Assembly: GCA_965285935.1 (NCBI GenBank)
Contig: OZ260662.1
Span: 119,908,001 to 119,972,000 of the forward strand
Direction: 5' to 3'
Length of the DNA: 64,000 nt
From: Ophelia neglecta
Lineage: Eukaryota
The position numbers and the translations under genes are program-made. Below the pieces are notes generated by a model, which was not told the origin of the DNA, made no database searches, and saw only the letters and a list, made by a program, of their open reading frames with translations. Below, one piece after another: positions 1 to 11,349 of the stretch; the stretch's first letter is position 1, and every line of letters begins with the position of its first letter.

Positions 1-278
1 TTTATAATGTGGCGTGTTTTTCCCCAGACCCCTGACTAACCTGATTAGACGGGTTTCTCTGTACATGCGATTTCGCTACGCGGCCCTGCGCTCACAAAGA
101 AATCGTCTCACATTACTTGTTTAACTATCGTTCAAGCCCAAGCTTCTGGCGGGGATCTGTTTGGTTGTGGAGACAAATATGCACCGTGTTTGTCTGTTTA
201 TTATACCGACTGTCAAATTTAAATTAAATACTTGTAATATCTCAGACGGACAGTCTCTGGGAATTTCCAAGCAAAATG

Positions 279-1487
279 GGCCTATGCTTGTTGGGGTTTG
301 ATACAAGGTAGGCCTCCCCCTGTTGGGGTTTGATACAAGGTAGGCCTACCCCTGTTGGGGTTTGATACAATGTAGGCCTACCCCTGTTGGGTTTTGATAC
401 AAGGTAGGCCTACCCCTGTTGGGGTTTTGATACAAGGTAGGCCTACCCCTGTTGGGGTTTGATACAAGGTAGACCTACCCCTGCTGGGGTTTGATACAAG
501 GTAGGCCTACCGCTGTTGGGGTTTGATACAAGGTAGGCCTGCCCCTGTTGGAGTTTGATACAATGTAGGCCTACCCCTGTTGGGGTCCGATACAAGGTAG
601 ACCTACCCCTTTTGGGGTTTGATACAAGGTAGACCTACCCCCCCCCCCCCTGTTGGGGTTTGATACAAGGTAGACCTATCCCTGTTGGGGTTTGATACAA
701 CGTAGACCTATCCCTGTTGGGGTTTGATACAAGGTAGACCTACCCCTGTTGGGGTTTGATACAAGGTAGGCCTACCTCTGTTGGGGTTTGATACAAGGTA
801 GGTCTACCCCTGTTGGGGTTTGATACAAGGTAGGCCTCCCCCTGTTGGGGTTTGACACAAGGTAGGCCTACCCCTGTTGGGGTTTGATACAAGGTAGGCC
901 TCCCCCTGTTGGGGTTTGATACAAGGTAGACCTACCCCTGTTGGGGTTTGATACAAGGTAGGCCTGCCCCTGTTGGGGTTTGATACAATGTAGGCCTGCC
1001 CCTGTTGGGGTTTGATACAAGGTAGGCCTGCCCCTGTTGGGGTTTGATACAAGGTAGGCCTGCCCCTGTTGGGGTTTGATACAAGGTAGGCCTGCCCCTG
1101 TTGGGGTTTGATACAAGGTAGACCTACCCCTGTTGGGGTTTGATACAATGTAGGCCTGCCCCTGTTGGGGTTTGATACAATGTAGGTCTACCCCTGTTGG
1201 GGTTTGATACAATGTAGACCTACCCCTGTTGGGGGTTTGACACAAGGTAGGCCTACCCCTGTTGGGGTTTTGATAAAAGGTAGGCCTACCCCTGTTGGGG
1301 TTTTGATAAAAGGTAGGCCTACCCCTGTTGGGGTTTGATACAAGGTAGGCCTACCCTGTTGGGGTTTGATACAAGGTAGACCTACCCCTGTTGGGGTTTG
1401 ATACAAGGTAGGTCTACCACTGTTGGGGTTTGATACAATGTAGGCCTACCTCTGTTGGGGTCCGATACAAGGTAGGCCTACCCCTGT
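279..1487. repeat. 32-bp minisatellite, about 37 copies (consensus CCCCTGTTGGGGTTTGATACAAGGTAGGCCTA)
   Basis: Tandem units are directly visible. The 32-aa periodicity of the spurious minus-strand ORFs equals 3 x 32 bp. Each unit contains the palindrome GTAGGCCTAC and the stem-loop ACCCC-TGTT-GGGGT. Confidence 0.97.
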
Positions 1488-3554
1488 AGTAGGTGTCTCC
1501 CCGCCCACCTCCCCGACAACACTGCCCTCCGTGGGTCACACTGTATACCGCGAATATCTCAAGAAGCCTTAACAGTTATGAACCCCATAGTTAATGCACT
1601 AGCCGTGTATATAAACAGCGCTGTTCTCGGAATAAACCGAGAGGCGCGGAGGCACTCCTACATGTTCAATGGTTGTTTGTTTGACTGGCTTTACTACTAG
1701 ACGGTATGAGTTGTAAAACTTGAAGGCTTTAATCGCCTTAGGAATGTGAACTGAGTGTCATTCGGGCCTACGATTAGCCGCCCAGAAATCACCATGTATA
1801 CGTGATCTTCATGACTTAAATTAAACGAATATCTTGCAAGATGTTGTCCGCTGCCTATGAATCTGACCATGGCACAGCGGGTGACAGGCGTCACATGTAT
1901 TTTAAATCATTATCCCAGAACATACATAATAGACATTGTGAACTGGTCCCAGACTAAAATAATAAACGCGGCTATCAAACCCACGGTGTGCAAAAAAAAG
2001 GATAATTAATGACCGGAGTCCACCGGGCCCAGCGACATCCAAATATGATAAAAATAACTCAAGCTTTCAATTTCAAAATGGTAAAATTTGTGGTAGCTGG
2101 CTAAGTTTTCAAGTATAGGTTTGTATTGAAACTATAGTTCCGTCTCCTGCATGTGAAAAAAGAATATTAAATGTGTATTTATTGACCTTAATGTCCGTAA
2201 ACGTGTGTGAACAGGTCCGGTGTTTCAATAGAAAGCCCTTGAACACGAACAGTGTTTGTACCTCGCGTGTTATTTGGTTATGGAGACCAGTAAGGCAGCG
2301 TGTATATCTCGTCGTGACACCAGGTATATGACTAGCTGGTCGCCTGCTGTTTATACAGGCCTGACACGCCTTGCATTCCCACACTAAGATGTTTAAATTG
2401 ATATCAGATCACGGAGCGGCGAGTCGTGACCATTATAACAATATAATAGCAATGTAATAGGCCTCTGTGTTATCAATAAACAGCCGGGATTACAAGAAAA
2501 AATGAACAAGCCTTGTTAGGTTATGAATCATTTAGTGGTGGGTATCGACGGCGCGGGAGATAAGAGGCGGGCTTGCTACAGGGGATAGGGGTGATCATGG
2601 TGTGTGGGTGTGGAGGGAGGGGGGGGGGGGTGCTATGAAGGGGATATGTGTTGGCAGGGTGTGTGTGGGTGTATGCGGGAGGGATACGGCGGTCTTGGTA
2701 AAGGGGGAGGGATGGGCAGTGGGTCTTTAGGTGTGCGGGGAGGGAGGGGAGGGAAAGGTACGGCGGGCTTGGAAATGAGGACGGGTTTGGTAGTGTGTGG
2801 GGGAAAGGGGTAAGGAGGGGTGCGGTGGCGGTGGTCCGGCTGGCTTGGTAAAGGGAAAGGGATGAAAACCCAGATATTTTAGTATGAATAGGCGAGCAGA
2901 TCTGTTTTATAGACGCTGAACCATGTACAGATTCTGGCTTGAACGATAACCACATACCGTAATACAATAATCAAAGTGTGGCTGAATGCCATTTGTAAAT
3001 TGTCACCACAGTGCGGGTTATGACCTTTAGGAAGCCGACGAAAGACGAACATTTAAGGGGATACTTTTTTCGTAGATTGGAGAATGTGTGACCCATCTAA
3101 ACAATTAAAATGTGATTATACTTGGTGTCTTTAACGTACTTTTCTTTGTAGCCACGAGGGTCGATACAAATATGTAACTGCATATCTCAGACGTGTGGGT
3201 GTATGGGCGGGGCCCGATCTGTAGAACCAAGGTTTCAGCTTTCATACAGTGGGCGTGGGGCAGGGCGTTCCAAAGAGGGACGGGGGTCCCTCTGTGTGGG
3301 TGTATAGGCAGGTTCCCATCTATAGAATCAAGGCTTCAGGGGGAGGGAGAAGGGGGGGGGGGTGTATGTTTCCTCTGTTTGAGTGTATGGGCGCGGCCCG
3401 TCCTATATAAACAAGGCTTCAGTGGTCCAGGTGGAGCTAGGAGGAGCTAATTACTTCTCGGGACAGCCCCTACAGTTTGTGCGAAAGATCGCTCCCCTTG
3501 TGCCTCCAGCCCTCGCAACTTAGCGGAGCTCTTTTATAAACTTCCAGATCATCT

Positions 3555-3782
3555 GGGCCCAGTTTTTGGAAGCGGTCTTAACTCTTTACCTCAGATTAAG
3601 ATTAGGATTAAAGTGCTTAATCGGTGTTAACTTGCTAATCAGGGTATCTTGAAGCTGGATTTGGTCTTAAACCTAGCCATTTGTCTTAAACTTAATCCTG
3701 GTCAATGGAAACACCAATTAATGCAGTCGCAGCTAATAGGCTAATCTAATCCCTAAACTTAATACCGCTCCTAGAAACCAGG
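3555..3782. mobile_element. MITE, PIF/Harbinger-like (GGGCCC-type terminus)
   Basis: Imperfect ~19-bp inverted ends (CCCAGTTTTTGGAAGCGGT ... ACCGCTCCTAGAAACCAGG). The internal sequence (GATTAAAGTGCTTAATCGGT.TTAACTTGCTAATC) recurs at ~23205-23405 and ~34289-34517. Confidence 0.65.
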
Positions 3783-4925
3783 TTAGTGACTCAAAGGTAT
3801 GAACCAAATAGTTTGAGATAATCATGGTTTATTTTTTGTTAACTCTAATGTTTGTTGGGCAACGCGCGTCATGCATCATGTTGCTTATTATAATTTACAC
3901 TCAGGTCGGCGTTCTATGCCTTTTAATGAAAAACCTCGAGCCTTGAAAATATGAATAATGTACACGTTCTTGTGTAAACCACTAACCGTGTGTTCGATAT
4001 AAACAGACCGCTATATTTAGCTTGAGGACTTGAGGTCAAGTAATCATACATGATCGCCATACGCGTTAGTTTGTTTGCATGGGCCTATAATGTTGTTTGA
4101 CTTGTACTGATGACGTACAAAACACACAAGTTACTGAGAGGTCTGACCAAGCTGGAAGAATGGTCAACACACTGGCAAATGGTATATGTATTTGTAATGT
4201 CTTGTCCGAAGACTTTGCAAAAGGGCATTCAGTGTAAACAGGAGACCACAAACACAGGATTCACTGAACCTATATAAATACACTCGAGACCTCTCTATTC
4301 AAAGTTTAGTCACAGAAGCGGTTATAACGAGGCTCGCCAGACCTGGGTTAATCTGTTACCTGGCGAGTTGGCAGCCGACCACTATAGGAACAATGGGATC
4401 AACACAAATTGTCCTGCTAACCTCACGATTAAGACTTTTTGAACCAATGATGTTATAAATAATTACCTCATCGGAAAACATACGTTTCTAAAATTTCGAG
4501 TCATTGCTTTGAGTAACAAGAAATTCCTATGGTATTTGCAATGTCAACAAAAACACGGACTAAGCAGAGAGCGTGTGGCCCCGCAGGAAGGTGAAAGCTG
4601 AAATGGGGCTGCTGCAAGGCCTAGTTTAAAATAATCAGCTTCGTGCTTATGTGTGTCTCAGTGTCCAAATAATTGATTATGTTCAATTTACATATGCACT
4701 GCCACTTATAGGTATTACTAATGTCTCCAGCGAGGAGGGGAGGGGAGGGGAAGGGGACGCTTATACAGGGTTTGTCCGGCTTAAACTGGGGGGTGTAAAT
4801 ATATATAATTACTTTTCTTGGATTTTTGGGCCATATTTTAATTTTAGTCGTTGGGTACCCTTGTACAATGAGGCTAAACGAATAAAATCGAAAGATTTAC
4901 AGCGCAGGGGCACGATAGGTCTTTA

Positions 4926-5320
4926 ACAGACACCACAATACACCCAGCGTTACAGCGCAGGGGGCAGGGTGCGTTCTTACCCCATTCCACCATACTAAAT
5001 GCCATTTTTTATAAGAAGGGTGCTGCTATGGAATGCTTTACACCTGAGAGTGTCACAGGTTCCGACAGTGGAGGCCTTCAGAGCCTATAGCTGTAACCCC
5101 CCCCCCCCCCTCTCTCTCTCTTATAAATATCTACCTAATAATGTACATAGCCCTCCTTGTCTTTATTTAAATTCTAATTCCCACCGTACACAGTCCGTGA
5201 TTTCTATTTCCATGTACTTGTTCACCTGTCTATTACTGACGTTTGATCGAAGATATACAGAACATTCCTACCGGGAGACGGCAAACAGGACATTTCTAAC
5301 GCAAGTAAGGACCTAGTAAG
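4926..5320 (+). mobile_element. 3' remnant of a CR1-group LINE
   Basis: ORF 4999 reads FFIRRVLLWNALHLRVSQVPTVEAFRA, resembling the CR1 ORF2 C-terminal FFPRTIxxWNxLPxxxVxAxSxxxFK motif, and is followed by AT-rich 3'UTR-like sequence. Confidence 0.55.
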
Positions 5321-5339
5321 CACTTTAATCCTAATTTTA

Positions 5340-7316
5340 AAGTAGGTTTTGAGACAACTTCCAGACACCGGGCCCACTGTTTAAACCATACTGCCTGATG
5401 CCCTCTGCAGACATGCAAGACGGTAAAGGCGCGTCTCCAGAAAAAACAGAATCAACAACACTTAGGGCGACCAAAAAAAAACTTTGTTTCTTGTTAAAGA
5501 AAGGTGCAACATATAAGCGCGCCAACAGCGATAGGTTTCTTCTTTAATTGATTAAGTTTCATTCCAAATTTCTGTAAATTCATCAAAGAAAGACATTTTA
5601 CGAGCATTTGTGGATTACTATATTAATATTTCTCAGAAACAATGTATTTTTTTATTTGGCCTCTATGGCACGTAGACCACTCAGAGAAAGGTCATGTGTG
5701 TTTGACCCCTTTGATAAACAAGTGTAACCTTCCGAGACCTGGCAAAGGACAGATCAATACACTGCGATAGGCCCGCCCGAATGTAAGACTGTAAAAGCCT
5801 GCCCTCAGGGACAAACTGTGACACTGCAGAATTCAGGGTTATTAATGGCTTTTGTAAGACCTACAGTGGCTGGAAAAAATACACAAAAACACATTGCAAA
5901 AGAGGAGAGCTAAGAACTTTTCAGTAACAGAAAAAAAAACCAGCTGATCCGTATGAGCACAGGCCAATATTACGGTGCCTACTCTTGTTACCAAGGACAT
6001 GGCCCAGCTATAAATAAAGGCTCAGCCTTTATGGGGATTTATTAGAATAGTCAGTCAACCGTGGACCGTGCTATGGAGGGAAAATAACTATAAAAGTAAT
6101 ACAATGTATATAATAAGTCCTCCACCTCGGTATATAAGTGAGTAAAACGCAGGTAAAACCCCCGTGCGTTGGTCTGTAAGGGGCCTGTAAGCATTTGTCA
6201 GGGGCCAGACACCCTTATGGTCCGTGAGGCGATGGTCCGGAAGTCGCTACTTAAGGGTTTTGGGAGATGAGGACGGGGCCTTTCTCCGTAAGTCACCAGC
6301 AAAGCAGGTTCTTGGGAGATAAGGACCGAACCTTCTCCGGGGTCACAAACAAAGAAAGGTTTTAGGAGATCTGGACAGGGCCTTGTCACATGTACTGTCC
6401 TTCTTTAAAGCTAGGCGGCAGGCCTTCGGTGATAACACTTGGGCTGAATAAATAAGTTTTTTCTCCACACTTTAAAACTTAGACCGTTTTTCCTTTTCTA
6501 AATGATACAATAAATACCCTATTTTTAATACTATGTTATATAATACGGTCGCTTTCCCTATGAATTCCCCCCCCCTCCCATATTTGAGTTTCCGGCTATG
6601 CAAACCTTAATCTAGGTCGCCCCCCCCTCCCGCCACACTAGGGGTTCCAGGCTCTTCTTTTCCAAGAATCTAATTAGTGTGTACTTCAAGTGAAATTAAT
6701 GGCGAGTACATTCTCGTTAAGTAAATAACAATCAGATAAGACACGACTTCGCTGAAATCGCTGTTAGCTATATACGGGCTACTTTTAGAAACAGATAACA
6801 GAATAGCTCCAAATTGGATCTCTAATGGGTGTGTATAGTACGGTTGTCACCCTTAGAGCTCCAATACGAGCCTATACATTTTCCTACCGAGCTATTCTTC
6901 CCGATTCCGTAACCCAAAGATTTCCGCTCCTGTACGCGTCGGGTCGTCTTTATATGAACATTTTTGAAATCCTTGGGTGCTATTCTTCAAATAATGATAA
7001 ATGACCGCCATTAATTTGTCGAACTCTGACAAAAAACCGGGTTTATGTACGCTATTCAGTACTTCAGTTGTTTTGAAGCAGACTACCAAAATGGTGGTCG
7101 ACCAATGTCATGTGACCGCTAGCGAGACCTTGCGTGAGATGTAAATAGAAGCACATGAGTAGGCGGCTCTAGCGTTAGCTCCTTGATGGCCTTCTCGATT
7201 GTTTTATTGGAGCCTCCTGGCGTCTTCAGGTGCGGGAGGTTCCTCTCGAGCCCTATCCGCAATTCCTTGCCAGCCTTGGTCGTAGTGAAAGGCTCGTGAC
7301 AATGGGAACAATTCAT
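5340..7316 (-). pseudogene. Possible degenerate DNA-transposon-type gene: N-terminal CxxC, SP-rich linker, hydrophobic helical segment
   Basis: Minus-strand pieces MNCSHCHEPF... (7316), ...QVLSPKACRLALKKDSTCDKALSRSPKT (~6450-6350) and ...MLVKCLSLM...KKKPIAVGALI / FNKKQSFFLVALSV (5610-5450), with stops and frameshifts. Family not established. Confidence 0.25.
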
Positions 7317-7470
7317 ATTACCGCAGTTGACATGCTATACGATCACTCCATTGTGTGGCGCGTTTTTTTAGGCTTAGCCAATGAAATGTCTTGATTCGGT
7401 CACATGAGTTGTACGAGCCTTGTAAGTCATGTGACAAAAAAAATCATGTGATATCATCATGGCTGCCACG
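7085..7470. promoter_or_regulatory. CpG-rich promoter-like cluster (TCATGTGA E-boxes, CCAAT, YY1-like)
   Basis: GTCATGTGAC at 7107 and 7426, GTCACATGA at 7399, TCATGTGA at 7444, CCAAT at ~7102 and ~7378, AAAATGGTGG at 7088. Confidence 0.35.
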
Positions 7471-8157
7471 AGATTACGAGCAGACGGCAAATACTGGTCG
7501 TCTAAGGTTGGATTTTTAGAGCATTCAACACCTATTTGGTAGAACCAAACACACGAACAGACAAAACAAAGGTTAATGTATTTGAAAATAACATTTATTT
7601 GCCGGGGAAAACTAATTCATGAAATAATATCTCAGTACATAAATATTGGGGTTCGTGCTGCAGCTCCAAGGCAATATTGTCAGTAACGCCCAATCTTACT
7701 ATACTGTTAGTTACTTTTGTTTGCCGTTGGTGCTGCAAACTGTAGCTAATAACAGAATAGCCTTATTTCACGCAGTAAGTAGACTTGTGCCGGGCAACAG
7801 ACTTTCCGCGCGCAATATGATCATTGGGTGTTTTTGCAATGTGAAATACGATTTGTTTTTATCGAAAAGTGAGACCTATTAGCCAATGTTTCTACAAAAA
7901 AAAAATACAATTCCCGGCTCACAAGGCGGTGGAGGACTTTGTGGGAACGCGGACGAGCAATTTAAACTCTGATCGGCAGGACCTAATGACCTCATGTAAA
8001 TACTTCACAGAAGCGATCCGTCACGGAATACCATGGTTGTCATGTATTTTAGTTATTAATTAGTTATTAAATATGCGAGGCGAATGACATCGGTGTTTGC
8101 ACAAACCAACGGGTAGGATCCAGTAAGGACACGAACGGACGGGGGTAGTGGGCGGCG

Positions 8158-8950
8158 AGAGGGGAGGGGGGACCTGGCCTAAGGCACCAGGCCTGGGAGA
8201 GGGGGGGGGTCTGGCTTGAGACACCAGACCTGGGGAGAGGGGAGGGGGTCTTGCCTGGGCCACGAGACCTGGGGAGAGGGGAGGGGTTCTTGCCTAAGAC
8301 ACCAGGCCTGGGGAGAGGGGGGGGGGGGTCTGGCTTGAGACACCAGACCTGGGGAGAGGGGAGGGGGTCTTGCCTGGGCCACGAGACCTGGGGAGAGGGG
8401 AGGGGTTCTTGCCTAAGACACCAGGCCTGGGGAGAGGGGGGGGGGGGGGTCTGGCTTGAGACACCAGACCTGGGGAGAGGGGAGGGGGTCTGGCTTGAGA
8501 CACCAGACCTGGGGAGAGGGGGGGGGGGGTCTGGCTTGAGACACCAGACCTGGGGAGAGGGGCGGGGGTCTGGCTTGAGACACCAGACCTGGGGAGAGGG
8601 GAGGGGGTCTGGCTTGAGACACCAGACCTGGGGAGAGGGGAGGGGGTCTTGCCTGGGCCACCAGACCTGGGTAGAGGGGAGGGGGTCTTGCCTGGGCCAC
8701 CACACCGGGGGGGGGGGGGGGGTCTTCTATGAGCCACCAAACCCCGGTGCTTATAGCCACCAGACTGAGACTCACGGCGTTTAACTGGGAGAGGGGGGGG
8801 GGGGTCTGCGGGCCTGAGCCACCAGACCGGGGGAGGGGGAGGGGGGGGGTCTGCGGGCCTGAACCACCAGACCGGGGGGGGGGGGTCTGCGGGCCTGAGC
8901 CACCAGACCGGGGGAGGGGGGGGGGGATCATGCCTGAACCACCAGACCCA
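8158..8950. repeat. 39-bp G-rich minisatellite (GGGGAGAGGGGAGGGGGTCTGGCTTGAGACACCAGACCT and variants)
   Basis: Tandem units are visible, with 13-aa periodicity in spurious ORFs. Each unit has an inverted repeat GGTCTGG...CCAGACC or a variant of it. Confidence 0.93.
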
Positions 8951-10709
8951 CGGCGTTTATCACAGGAGGGACTAGAAGGGATCCTATCGAGCGGAGGTTG
9001 AGGGCTAGTTGCCTCGGAGATATATAGTTTCTAGGGGTGTTAATCCTGAGGGAGCGTTTAGCGGGTTACCTGCCAAATGGGTATGTTGGTTGGGTCAGAA
9101 GACCTGCCGAGCCAATATGGGCTGAAAAACCGCCTGCCCCTCTCTGGGAGGAAACATTTTCCCGCACTCGGCAACTAAAAAAACGGACAGACCCCCCCCC
9201 CCCCCCCCCCCCCCTGTTCTGTGTTAGAACCTCCTTAGAACCACAGCCAGAGATAGTCAAACTGATCATATGTTTTTCCCCACGGACGTTTTATTGACGA
9301 CCCTGCGACATTTATCGCAGACTATTCTATTTTGCTATTAGAAAAAAGGATCTGCATGTCAAAGTAAAGTGTCAACACTGAACATATTAGTATAGTAGAC
9401 TAGTAGAAGCAGGCCTAACAAGGCCCATCATTTGCCCGGGGGGGGGGGGGTATTTTCAGATTAAACGCAAATATTCAATGTTGATCAATCAATACCTCGA
9501 CAACAAAAGGTCCCCCTGTCTTTCATGTCTTAATCTTGACTTCTGGGATTGTGATTGTACAAAGTAACGTTACTTACATAATTCAAGTCTCGTTCCTGAT
9601 CGGCGTTTTTTCACGTTTGGTAATCCTGAGAGACACGGCGACGTTCCGGGACAATGGACAGGCCTGGGCTATTCCTTCACCTGCTTGGCACGGCGTGTGA
9701 GTGGCCGTCAGTGCTGAGAGGCGCCACTTTAAAGAGCACTCCGGAAACCACTCAACCGGTGAGTGTGTGTGTGTGGGGGGGGGGGTTCGGGGGCGGACGA
9801 GTTCCGGGCTGGAGCCAGGGGGAGGGGGGGGGATCGGGGGCGGGCAAGGGCCGGGCTAGAGCCAGGGGGGAGGGGGGGACGGGGGTGGGCAAGGTCCGGG
9901 CCGGAGCCATGGGGGGGGGAATCGGGGCGGGCGTGTTCCAGGCTGTAGCAAGGGGATACAGGTAGAGGGGTCGGTGGTGGTGGGGATGGTGGTGGGGGTG
10001 GTCGTTCTTCAGATCTCCTCTTCTCACCTCCCCTCCTCCCGCCCCCAGGTCCCCCTCTCCCAACCCTCTAAATCGTCCATCTCCGCTTTCCTCCTACCCA
10101 CCCCAACCCGCCCTTCTTCAAACCCCACCTTTTCCCCCTCGCTCCACATCTCAGTCCGCCCCTCCCGTTCCCCTCTCTCTCATGCCCCGGCCCCTTCCTC
10201 CATCCTCCTTCTTGTCAACCCTTCCCACATAACCCGCACTCCACCCCCGCCCTCCACACACCTCCCCTTCCCTGCTTCCCGCCAGAGCTCTTCCACGCTT
10301 GCCTCCCAACGCCATGATTCACACACGCTTTACAACCCGTATTTGATGTTACTGATTCAACAAAGATAACAGTGCTGTCGTGTTGCGGAAGAGTTATGAA
10401 ACGTACGTTTTCGCATGTTAACTGAAATGCGTAGGCCTAGGCCGTATATCTGTAAGTAATGCTTGTGTTAAACTGTATTTTTGTTGTTGTAAGATAGTGT
10501 AAATGTAGACATGGTTTATCTACTTGAAGCTTTAATTTAAGTTCAGCATATCTTTTGATTATAAATTGTGTTTATTGAAGTAAATTCTTCGATGTTGTAT
10601 TTAGCAATTGTCATTTTATGAAGAAAAAAAAAACTGCATCATTCGTGACTGATTGAGTTTAATTGTGTGGATGCCTCACAGCACCTACACAATCATTGGC
10701 AGAGACTTA

Positions 10710-11117
10710 GGGCCGACCATTTGATAATGTCGGGGGGGGGGGGGGGGGGAGTGGGATGAAACCAATTTAGACAAATATGTTTGTTGGCTAGCTCTGGACA
10801 AAAAAAATGTTTGTCACACTACTTGAGAAAAAAAAATGTTTGTCTTGCACATTGTGAAAAAATAAAACGAAATGGCTACACTAAAAACTATGCACTATAT
10901 GTTGTGGCAAATCTATAAGGAAATAAATCAATAACTTATTATCTTGTTAATTTGGCTAATTTAATACCTCCAAAAAATTATCATAAATGACCTTACAGAA
11001 AAAAATGTTTGCAGGGGAATTATGAGGGGAAAAAAGATTGTTTTGGAGGGGACAAAAAAAATGTTTTGAAAAAAAATATTCTCCCCCCCCCCCCTACATT
11101 AACAAATGGTCGGCCCC
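10710..11117. mobile_element. MITE with TTA target-site duplication (PIF/Harbinger-type)
   Basis: TIRs GGGCCGACCATTTGATAATGT ... ACATTAACAAATGGTCGGCCCC, extended by a G-run and a C-run. TTA at 10707-10709 and 11118-11120. Internal AAAAAAATGTTTG subrepeats. Confidence 0.85.
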
Positions 11118-11349
11118 TTAGTTCCAATTCAACCGGTATAAGTCAGTAGCAGACGGCCACAATTCAGAGTTCTCCAGCTGCTCCACTACTTAACCAGCCG
11201 ACCAAGCCACCTAGGCTTTAGCAATCCTTGTGAGTAGTATCCAAGAATACTGCTTTAAAGAAAAATATAGTGAATATGTGATAGGAATAATATTCGGAGG
11301 GCGTCCCGATCGGAGGTTGGGGCGTAGGGGGGGGGGGGGGGGGGGAGGG

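Noticed and set aside
804-1406. Repetitive ORFs (YQTPTG.../CIKPQQG...)
   Set aside because: They are translations of the 32-bp minisatellite in rotating frames, with no evidence of coding.
279-1487. Telomere-like TTGGGG motif
   Set aside because: It occurs once per 32-bp unit, not as tandem hexamers.
2521-2967. Proline-rich ORF (similar cases at 9654-10369 and 20852-21340)
   Set aside because: Low-complexity purine/pyrimidine-skewed tracts with no domain or splice support.
8060-9001. Pro/Gly-rich ORFs up to 212 aa on both strands
   Set aside because: Products of the 39-bp repeat (a multiple of 3) and G-runs; open in several frames at once.
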